Made by a program: the position numbers and the translations under genes. The notes beneath the pieces were generated by a model. That model was not told the origin of the DNA. It did no database searches and saw nothing but the letters and a program-made list of their open reading frames with translations. This document shows positions 43,801 to 56,002 of a stretch of 63,698 bases of DNA, one piece after another; position 1 is the stretch's first letter; every line of letters begins with the position of its first letter. The stretch is from Ministeria vibrans ATCC 50519 (lineage: Eukaryota > Protista > Filasterea), in contig CALSCP010001704.1 in assembly GCA_943704425.1 (NCBI GenBank), positions 1 through 63,698 of the forward strand, read 5' to 3'.

Positions 43801-46353
43801 GTAAGGGACTCGTCGGCGACGCGTGCGGCCACAAAGCGTGTCAGCGACACCACATAGTCACTCAATTCGTCACAGACTGTGTCGAGCAGACTCATGTGAA
43901 ACATCATGGCCGAGTTGGGATCGGGCCACGCAAGCTCGTCGAGCACATCCATGTACTGACTGAAGCAACTGAGCATGTCGTGGACACCCGTCGAGTGGAG
44001 TGCCAGACTCGACATGGGATAGAGAATGTCACGTGCCTTCACGGTGGACACCCACTCGCACATGCGCCGTCCTGCGCGGTCGAGCCACGCTGAAATGTGA
44101 ACAACAAACCACAGGTAGGCGTCCTGGTAAGGATCTGCAAACGCAGGCATCGTTGTGTACCCGTGCGGCTTGTTCGAGCTGTTCGTGTCCGGTTCACCTT
44201 GCGATTGAGTTGGCTCAGCGGTGCTGTGGCTGTCCCTCACGCTTGACTCGGTAGAGAACCCTTGCGCGACAAACAGAGGGATCACGTAGCTCTTGTGAAT
44301 GTGCTGGCACACGCGATACAATTCAATGATGAGGTCAGCAATGGGAGGATGGTCGCGGGGCGCGTCCCGCAGCACCTCGCGGCATGTTGCAGCGTGCAGC
44401 GTACACACCAAGGCAATGGTTGCCTCGACAATGTCTATGCGAGCGCGCGTGCCTTCCCGAAACACTGCTCGATAGTGAGCCTTGTCGACGGCCAAAACGC
44501 GATCGAGATCACGCGAGATGTCCACAAGCGCCTGCATCAGCTCCGCCGTGACCACGCCGTTGTTTGCATGGAGGCGCTCAAAGACGTAGTGGAGTGAGTG
44601 TGCAAGACCTTCGTGCGCGTCGTTGACGAGCGAGAGAACAGTGAACTGGCGCGATAGAGGTACTTGGCGTGGCACTTTCACAGCCAACATGCGGTCAAAT
44701 AGAGCCCCGATGCAATCACAGACACTGTCGGCAAGCGACAAGGCGGCAATAAGGCGTGCTGTCGTCGCGGGCACATCGAGACGGAAACGCTGTGTGGCCG
44801 TGAGAGACGCCGCCGACGTACTGCTCCCGCTCGGGTCGGTCACCAGATTGTACGAAGCACCCGAATCGCGTGCCGTCGACATGTCGTCCAAGCTGCTTGT
44901 TGAGCGAGAGAGTGGCATGGCGCGCATGGACAAGGGAAACTCGGAGGTGTAAGAAGTTACTTTGGAGTGCAGTTTTTCCCAGAGTTCCTCGACAAGGACG
45001 GACTCGAGCAACGAAAGAGTCGCAGCACTCGTGGCCTCCTCGGCACGCACCAAACGGCCATATATGCGCTCAATGTGAGAGTTCAGGTTGTGTATGTCGG
45101 GTGGATCGCAGTCGCTCCAGAGCGTCGCTTCGACAAGCCAAGTGCGCAGCTTGAGCACATCTTCGTCGAGAGCCGACAGACACAGACCCAGCGCGACAAC
45201 CCGAAGTACTTCAAAGTCAATAGAGTCTGAGTCGGAGCTCACTGGCGGGTAGCGCGACGGGGCGAGGGAGGCGGTGGTGGGAACGTGAGGCGCAACATGA
45301 TCCTCGGAAATGGATGGCACGGACTTGAAGATGGCGAATTTGTTGCGTTTGCGGCTCGTAGGCAGCGTTGATGATGTTGGTGCCGATGATAATGACAATG
45401 AAGAGGATGACGATGCTGCGGTTGTTGTTGAGCCAGCACGACGACTGGTGGACGACAGTAATGCTGAGGAAGAAGCGGTTGAGGCGTACTTGAGCTGAGC
45501 GCGGAGGAGTTCGCAATAACAATCGGCGGCTGCAGGGCGGTCGTCTGCCTCCATGACAGCGGTGAAAGTCACGGAACCACGCAGACGTGCAGTGCTGTGC
45601 TCGTTGAGGCTGGACGACAACGACGACGACGACGAGGATGAGGAAGTCGAAGCTTTGAAGAGTGCGTGTGCGACACTGCCATTGTTGTGATAGTGACCTC
45701 TCATGAGAAGATAGACGGGCACTGAGAGTTGCGAAAGACACCGCTGGGTGCGCTTTTTCTTGTGTTCGACAACGGACCACACGCGAATGAGGAGGTGGGC
45801 AGCCGGGTCGACGTGTCGCTCGTGGAAGACCAGTCGTGAGTTCACCGTGAAGATTGCATCTGGACCCTCGCCGGTCGTCGACACTTTTGGAGTGCATTGT
45901 TCTTTGCCATCCCAATCAACGCTCACAACTATCGGCGTCAGCTCGGTCCCCTTCAAGTTACATGACATGTAAATGACCGCGACGATGAGGTTATATAATT
46001 TCATCAAAACACACCATTTGCATTTGCTGCTCACCTTCTTGTGCACACCAACGACTTCGCCCAGGGCCACCGTGAGCGTGCGCGGTAGTTCAAGAAGCTG
46101 TCCACGACAATGGGAAACAATCGCGTCGAAGTCGTCGACGGGAAGGAGTGTTCTTGTGAGCGACACAAGCGCCGCCGATTCTTTGATCTGTCAAATTCAA
46201 ATGGGGGTTCACACGACCAAATAAGGACAGCTGAAAAGATACCTTTCGCGCCGAAGTCGCATTGGAGCATACAGCGTCAATGTCGGCGACGGCTGGGCGT
46301 GACGCTATGGCACACAGGCACAGGCGGAGAGTGGACTCGGCGGTGCGACCCAT
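40884..46353 (-). CDS. Unc13/BAIAP3-like MUN-domain protein with architecture C2-MUN(MHD1-MHD2)-C2-C1
   Basis: MHD1-like: WLDRAGRRMCEWV...HSTGVHDMLSCFSQ...LAWPDP, CVALNNL. MHD2-like: LVEPLLGMLDGHL...LW...FFHSDGDGL...ATPQLI. C2-like segments on both sides, and a C-terminal C1 zinc finger H-x12-C-x2-C-x13-C-x2-C-x4-H-x2-C-x6-C. The start is inferred at ATG 46353. The C-terminus may extend by splicing at GTATGA to about 40657. Confidence 0.8.
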
Positions 46354-46607
46354 TGAACCAAACCCCCGCCACTGGGTGACGACGCTCACTGGGACCTGGG
46401 AGGCGTGGTGGGTCGGAGGCGTCAGCAGACAAATGAGTCACGCAGAGGGCTAAAAACAACTATTAATTTTTATTTTTAATACTCATCAAAACTCACAGAC
46501 AATGCGACAAATCACAAAACTGTGTGTGAAACGCATTATTACTCCATAAATTTATTTCGCATTAAATTTTCAACATACCTTAAGAGGACTGCACGCTGTT
46601 TGACCTA

Positions 46608-48943
46608 ATGTCGAAACAACTGGGAACAGTTGATATCGACGAGCTTGTCTCGGGCGAAGACCGGGCAATTGAAGACGCTCTGCGCACATTGGCATTGGAG
46701 GTAATGCGAAGTTGGCGCTGTGGGTTTTTGGAGTGGGTCTCGCGCCAACGCCCTATTCGACACGCCGTCTGCTCGCAGGGCACGCTACATTTCCTGTGGA
46801 ATGTGCAGTGGGTGTGCGCGCGTGACGCTCCTCTGTGAATTCCGCTAAAAGACGCAGTTGGGTTTTTTTTTGTCCTGTTTTGGACGCGCGCACCGTCTAC
46901 TCTTTCCACGCCGCCCGTGTTGCCGCTCCCGACTCCCTATGCACTTCCTGCTCTTCATGCCTGTGTTGCCTGTGCTCTCTCTCTCTCTCTCTCTCTCACG
47001 CGCTGTCGAACAGAACTTTGCTTGCAAAAAAAAATGCTATAATAAAAATACAAAAAGCAAACGCTCAACCTGTGCGCTGTCTCTTTCTCTGTATCTCCTT
47101 CGTTCAGATTCTTGGCAATGTTAAGTCTACGCCTCCATTGATGGAAGAACTCCTGAAAAACGCCATCAAGTACCACAAAGTTCTCGAACAGTGCATTGGC
47201 GCTGCAACTGCCTTCATCGATGCCTTTGCCAAGCTCGCTGACCGGGCGCGGTATGCGCGAGGCGCCACCAACCAGCTTGGAGAGTCCCTTCACACCTTGC
47301 TCGAGTGTCAGCGACACGCCGAGGCGCTCCGTCTCGAACAGTGTGCCAAGCTTAAGGCGGATTTGATTGTGCCGCTGGCGGAGCGATGTCAGTCGGATCG
47401 TGCAGCGATTGCCAAGATGGAGAAGAAGTATGAGAAGGAGACACGGCGAGGTCGTGACACGCTGAAGAAGTTTGGCAAGCAGACGATGAAGGCGGCGGAA
47501 CGTGCGAGGAAAGGCAAGACAGGCGCGCGCACGGCTCTCGAGGAGATGGCACACCAGATGGGAGAGGCTACCAAGGCGTTTCAGGTGCAGCAATTGGCGA
47601 ACGTGAGTAGCTTCTTCATTGATGAGCGTTCCACCTTTGTGAGCTTGTACAACCTGTACAGACCCGTTGTGCTGGGACAGCTGGAGACGGCGGGCAAGAG
47701 CATGGAAATTGACGAGCATCTGCGCAGCATCGACCAACAAGCGGCCAATCCTGACAAGCTTCCGGCAGATACTCGCTCCATCCTGGACCGCATCATGAGT
47801 GGCGACACCACCTTTATCAGTCGCTCGTCCGTCGTGCACATCCTTGATCCGCTCTCCATGACTACGGACGCGGTGGGCGCTAGCTTGCCCCACGGCCTCG
47901 AGGACGACGACGATGACGACGATGACGGCGGTGTAGCCGAAGAGCACCGCAGCCTCGCGTCGACTGCATCATATCGCACGGCGCCCAGTGGCACCGGCAC
48001 CGGCTCGCCCTCGCTGCGCTACCCACCTCAGACTGTCGCACGCTCAGGCAGCTCCAATGGCCTCCTCGCACCCGACTATAGTCAACAGCAACGCTCTTAT
48101 CGCAGTCCTGCTCTTAGCATCCGCTCTGGCAGTAGTGGTAGCGCGAGTTTGTCGCAGAGTGCTCCGCCGCCGCCTCCTCCTCCAGCCATACCAGCCCCTG
48201 TCCCCGTGCGCCGTGCCGAGTCCATTTGTAGCAGTGTCTCGGCACACTCGACCGACCGAATGTCTTCACACAGCGGTGCCATCACCAGTCTTGCACCGCC
48301 GCCTCCGCCTCCACCCGGACCTCTCTCACCGTCGACCTTCTCCTCCTCCTCCGCGTCCAATCGCTCCCATGTTGGCAATGTGTCGCCCGCGTCCAAAATC
48401 ATGAGTGCCGCTGGTTTCAGCAGTGGCAGTCCCGGAAGTAGTCCCAGTGGTGGTGGTGGTGGTGGTGGTGGCGAAGAGCCTGTGCTCCGGCTTGGTTTTG
48501 GAGGGCCTCCATCGGACGAGAGCATTCTCAATGCGCGCAAACGCATGACACACGTACATAGACCGTCTATTGCCGGGCGCAAACCCGTTGCGCAGGATTC
48601 TACATCGTTAGCACGACCCTCTAGTGCCATGCCGGTCATCAAGCGCTCGCCTGAAGAGACTCAGCGGAATAGCAGCGCCATTCAGACGCCCGGGCGGCTC
48701 TCGTCGTCCGCTAAATCGGCGCTCGCTGCCAAACTCGAAGGCGGCTCTGCCTCCACCTCGCACACTCCACAGAATCGACCCTTCAGTTGTCCTCCACCCA
48801 AACAATCTCCCGTTGCCATGGCGCCGCCTCCACCTCCCCCTCCTTCCGCCATGCCCGACTTTCAACTGCCACCACCTCCGCCAATGGACGACTTGGGCAA
48901 CGACCCTCCGCCCCCGCCTCCTCCGCCGCCGCCACCCATGTAA
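46608..48943 (+). CDS. I-BAR (IMD) domain protein, MIM/IRSp53-like, with proline-rich tail
   Basis: Exon 1 MSKQ...LALE splices to ILGNVKSTPPLMEELLKNAIKYH...AATAFIDAFAKLADRARYARGATNQLGESL...IDERSTFV (IMD pattern). The C-terminal half is Ser/Pro-rich with several poly-Pro runs. Confidence 0.85.
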
Positions 48944-49156
48944 CCAAAAGGAAAGAGTGAAGAGGAGATTGATAGAGAGAGAGAGGGACAGAGAAAGAGA
49001 GGATACAGTACACTAGTCTAAAATGAATCTGGATCAGATTTGGTGTTAAATTTAATCGGACTCTTAGAAGAGAAAATAAATTTTATTATTATTATGATTA
49101 TTAATACCAAAAACAAAACAGTCATCATTTTTTTTTCTTCTTCTAATCTTTTACGA

Positions 49157-49949
49157 ATGCGACTGCTGATTGTCGGATTCCTCCTGATCGCTAGCGTCGG
49201 ATGCGCTGTGGGCGAGACTACTACAATTTACGATGCTGAGAGCGCCGTGTTTCGGACGCTGTTCACACGCGATCTGCAGTCAACACCGTCGTCGCCCGTG
49301 ACGCGCGCCCGACGCACCGCTGGTCCTGGCGATTCGTGTACAGTACCAACACAGGACAAGGACTGTACCCACGAGTATTTGTGCGTCAACGGAACGTGTA
49401 CGACCTGTTTGGGCGACGATCAGTGCGACTCGCTCGAACAATGTTCGTCCGGCAAGTGCCTTCACAAAGGCTTCTTCAGCCCGTTCACGTGGCACGAGGC
49501 CCTTGGCACAATCATCTCCTTTGTCGGTGCCTCGCTCGCAGCTGGGTAAGAGCGTTATTATTTTTATCAATATGACAAAAGAACACAGAAACGTCCCTCT
49601 CCCCTTCCCTCCGCCCCGAGACAGCGTCGATCCTGTCCTCGCCCAATGCTGTTTAGTTGCATAGCATGCGTTGGCGGCTGTGATGCTCCCTGGCACACTC
49701 ATTTTGACATACACATGAATAATAATTTCATTTTCTCCCGTGCAGCGGTGGTCTGGGTGGCGGCGGTCTCTTTGTGCCGATTCTCGTGCTCATTGTCGGC
49801 TTGGCGCCCACCTCGGCCGTGGCCATTTCACAAGGAATGATTTTCGGTGGCAGCATCGTCAACCTCATCTTCAACATTCGTCGAAAGCACCCTATCAGCA
49901 AACATCGACCGCTGATTGATTTTGACGCTGGTACGCCCAAATATAAATC

Positions 49950-49988
<39 letters not shown>

Positions 49989-50237
49989 TGTTATATTGTT
50001 ATATTGTTGGATTGACTGTTTGTTAATTGGAAATGTGCTCTTCTTCCCTCTGTAGTACTCATGTTGGAGCCTGCGTTGCTTGCCGGCACTGTCATTGGTG
50101 TTCTGCTCAACAGCATCTTTCCCGAATGGCTCATTGTTTCTCTTTTGGCCATTACTTTGGTCATCATGACTTGGCGTACTGTTCAAAAGGCTCGCCAGGC
50201 ACGACATTCACTATCAATAATAATAACAATAATAATA

Positions 50238-50296
<59 letters not shown>

Positions 50297-51395
50297 ATAT
50301 CATATTAACAGCTGCTCATGGGATCAATAGGTTTGGGCAATTGAGTCACAACAACGAGTGGGTGCGGGGCGCAACGTAATGGAGCTGGAGGATGTGTCGA
50401 CGGACCAAACAGACTTGGCTGGTGGCGACGACGAAGAGGTGGCGGCGTTCCTTGATGCGGAGGAGAAGTCGCCGGCGACGAGTCCCAGTTCGGGACGACG
50501 CGATAAAACCGACTCTTTGCGAGTCAAGGCGGCAAGGCGAGCTCAGGCGGGACCGCGTTCCATCACTGACGACGACGACGACGACACTGATCTTGAGCTT
50601 TCGAAGGCGAGCAGTGAGAACGGAGAAGCTGGCGGCGGTGGTGGTGCAGGAAGCATTTCGGCGGCGAACATGGCACTGATCGAGGCGATTAAGAAGCGCG
50701 AGAGCCGCGTGGGACGTCCGATGCTGTTCATCATGCTCATCTGGCTGGTGGTGTCGCTTTTTTCGATTCTCAAGGGGGGACGATCGGGCACGTCGAGCAT
50801 TGTGGGCGTGACGGCGTGCTCGCCGGCGTACTGGGCTCTGACCTTTTGTGTGTTTCCCATACTCATTGGCATGACTGCCATGTACGGGCGGCAAATGATG
50901 GCGGAGAACGATGTTAAGCAGCGATGTGGCTATGAGCCGAGCGAGGGGGACATTGTGTGGACGCGTCGCAATGCATATCTGTACCCGTCGCTGGCGACGT
51001 TTGCAGGGCTGCTCGGCGGTCTGCTGGGCATTGGCGGAGGTATGATTGTGGGGCCGCTGCTGCTGGAGCTGGGCATGCTGCCGACAACGACGTCAGCGAC
51101 GAGCGCCATGACGGTCATGATTACAAGCAGTAGTGCGGTAGTGCAGTACATTGTGGTGAACCAGCTCATCTACGACTATGCCGTATGGTTCTTCTTTGTG
51201 GGTGTCATTGCGACTATTGTGGGCCAGAAGGGCATTGACTACCTTGTGCGGCGCTACGACCGACGCAGCTTCGTCGTCATCTCTATTGCCATTGTCATTG
51301 CCGCCGCCTGTGTCATGATGTCCGTTACCGGCATCATGCGCATTGTGTCCGATGTCACCTCTGGCGCCAGTCTCAGTTTCCGTCAGCTCTGTTGA
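49157..51395 (+). CDS. TauE/SafE-family (sulfite exporter-like) membrane protein with N-terminal Cys-rich ectodomain
   Basis: AAG|GGLGGGGLFVPIL, SQGMIFGGS, HRPLIDFD, EPALLAGTVIGVLLNSIFPEWL, GLLGGLLGIGGGMIVGPLLLELG and ATSAMTVMITSSSA. Confidence 0.9.
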
Positions 51396-51591
51396 CCTTT
51401 TTTGTTTGTTATTTTTTTTTTTTCGTTGCTGTTGTTGTTGTTGTGTGTATGCGTGTGTACACGTGTGCGTGTGTGTCTGTCTGTCTGTGTTTGTATGTGT
51501 TTTGTGTCGCGCATAAACACTCAATCTCTCTCTCTCTCTCTTTAACGATCGGAGGAACAAGGAAGAATAAATTTTAATGGGAAGAATGAAA

Positions 51592-52647
51592 TCAGTGAGA
51601 GAGGGGGGTGGGGTCATCGACAGGACCAGCGGTGCGGCGGCTCTCGACAGCCTTTCCTAGCTGCTGAAAGGCCTCTTCCAGTGCCTTGATGTGCGCCACC
51701 AGCAGACCGTCCATCTACCGGTCCGTCATTCAGTGCGTGTTTGGTCTTTATTCAGTGTATACGTATGTGTGTGCGTGTGTCTGGTGCTGTTTTCATACCT
51801 TGGCAACTCTGAGTTCGAGGTCGCGCAGAACGACACGGTCAGTGCGGTCGTCAACGCCGCGCACTGCGGCAAACGCCACCGCACTGCCAACTACTACGAC
51901 AAAGCCAAAGTGGAATCCGCTGATCTGGTAAAGTAAAATAATACAAAGGTCAACTTCGAAGGCACGTGCGGCGGTTGAAGGTTTAGGGGATGCAGGTACC
52001 AGTTGAAAGATGGGCGTATAAGGAAAGTAGCGGGTTGTGTCAAGCAGACTGAAGTGTCCCGTTGCAATTAGCATGTAGTGAGCCCAGCCAATGACGGCAA
52101 GGAGCACCGCCGCAGCAACGCGGAAGGGTGCAAGGCCGCCGGGACCCGTGGCGAGGTACCCAAACAGAATGAGCCCGGCATACGTGAGGGCAATCTCGAC
52201 AAACGAGTCGTTGATGTAGTCGCTGGCCGTGACGCAGTGGCGGCATTCTCTCGCTCCAAATTTGTCGTAGATTGGTCGCTTCTGGTGACTGTTGAGGATC
52301 TCATAGGCTGCGTCAGAAGGAAGAGTCAAAATAATGAGAGAGGGAACGACAAGTGTCGACAACTAACCGGCACGCAGCATCATGAATTGGTCGGCATCCG
52401 CATTGGACTTGTCAGGATGTACGTTGACCGACGCGCTCCTGAACGCGTGTTTGATCTGTGCAAAGTTGGACGTGACGGGCACATTGAGCGTCGAGTAGTG
52501 GTTCTCCGCAAAGGGCGCCTGGTACAGAGCGCCAGCGAACACAAACGTGAGAAGTGCAATTTTTTTCAATAGTGCCCCATTCGTCTTCGATCCCTTGACC
52601 GTGATCAGCGGAAGTATTAAAGAGACCGCTAGAAACACCCACGACAT
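51592..52647 (-). CDS. Membrane-associated DnaJ (J-domain) co-chaperone
   Basis: Hydrophobic N-terminus, then NHYSTLNV...IKHAFR...HPDK...AYEIL...RPIYDKFG, followed by a CxxC and TM helices. Four exons; stop TGA at 51592-51594. Confidence 0.85.
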
Positions 52648-52698
52648 AGAGACGAGTCACAAGAGAAGAAAATAAAACTGCTCTACAAAAAAGCACTA

Positions 52699-54727
<2,029 letters not shown>

Positions 54728-54779
54728 ACGGAAAAATATTATAATACATTCATTTCTCTCTCAGGGTGGGGGTTCTTGA

Positions 54780-55517
54780 TTAAAAGGCATCGAGACGCCT
54801 TCTTGCACGTCGTGCGCCCTCGCCGGTGAGCAAACGAAGCAAGACAGTGGATTCGTGGAGCACTTTGTCGTGTGCGTTAACCACAGCAAAGGTCAGGTGC
54901 CAACGTTCACGGTGGGCACGGCAGGGTCTCAGGTGAGGGTCAAGACGCGCAAGGAGTTCGCGTGTACATGTGCACGAGGTGATTGTGTCGTCGTTGGCCA
55001 GTTGTGCGTCGGTACAGTGTGTGCACGGCTCGATGTCGCCCAGGTCGAGAAACACCTTGTTGCACTCGGTGTCCACCTGCGCCGCTGTCGCCGAGTCCAC
55101 ACCCGTCTTCTCCTCGTACGCATGAAACTGAGCAAAGGGCTTGCGGATGTCGCCTTCCGCATGGTAGTAGAGCCGCAGCCGCAGCCGCTGTTGTTGCTCG
55201 GATGACAAAGCGACGCGACGCAAACGCAGTCGGAACCGCAGGCGAAAGGGCCGAAAAGCAGCGACCGGCTCGGCATCGCCAGGGCGTGGTGACGACCACA
55301 GCGTATTAATCAGGTGCTGGACTTCAAAGGCGAAGTCTCCTTCGTCGCTGGCGACGGGCAGTGCACTGCGCACCAGTCCCAAGCCATCCTCCTCCTCATC
55401 TGCCTCTCCTCCGCAAAGCTGCCGATCAACAGGTCCAAAAATCATCGACAACGGAATTGCCGCAGTGGAAAATGCTCCAAAGAGGCTAGATGCCATCGGC
55501 TCAGTCGGAGTGATCAT
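54780..55517 (-). CDS. Hypothetical single-exon protein (245 aa)
   Basis: Uninterrupted GC-rich ORF with ATG start, flanked by AT-rich DNA, with globular-looking composition. No confident family. Confidence 0.55.
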   Translation of the reverse strand: MITPTEPMASSLFGAFSTAAIPLSMIFGPVDRQLCGGEADEEEDGLGLVRSALPVASDEGDFAFEVQHLINTLWSSPRPGDAEPVAAFRPFRLRFRLRLRRVALSSEQQQRLRLRLYYHAEGDIRKPFAQFHAYEEKTGVDSATAAQVDTECNKVFLDLGDIEPCTHCTDAQLANDDTITSCTCTRELLARLDPHLRPCRAHRERWHLTFAVVNAHDKVLHESTVLLRLLTGEGARRARRRLDAF

Positions 55518-56002
55518 CTTCGCTTCTTAAAAAAATTCGCTTGACAAAAAGTCGAAAGAGCAAAAAAAAAAAGTGACTCGTGATTTTTGCAGGGAATTCG
55601 GGAATTCCGTTGATCAACGCCGATCTCCTTGATGCGCTCATTATACACCTCCCAATCTGCGCTTGAATCAATACACGTCGTATAATAAATGCTGTCAGTG
55701 GAAGAACAGTCCAACTTTAATAGAGACGTAATGGAGAACGAGAAAGGCCTCTCCCGTTTGGGCCAACTCAAAAAAAAAGAATTAAAAAAAAAATACAAAA
55801 CGGTTGAGTAACTCAAAGTGAGCTGGGTAGACTTATCAGCGCCTCTAATAGCCACCACCCTGTGCCGTGTCGATCCATGGCACTCTGTCACCCATGGCGC
55901 AGTCGCACGATGCTCGTGAGAGCTGTGGCTGTTCTTTTGGTACACGTCACTTTTCATATATTATAATAAGAATTTTTTTATGATTGTATTGTATTAAATT
56001 TT

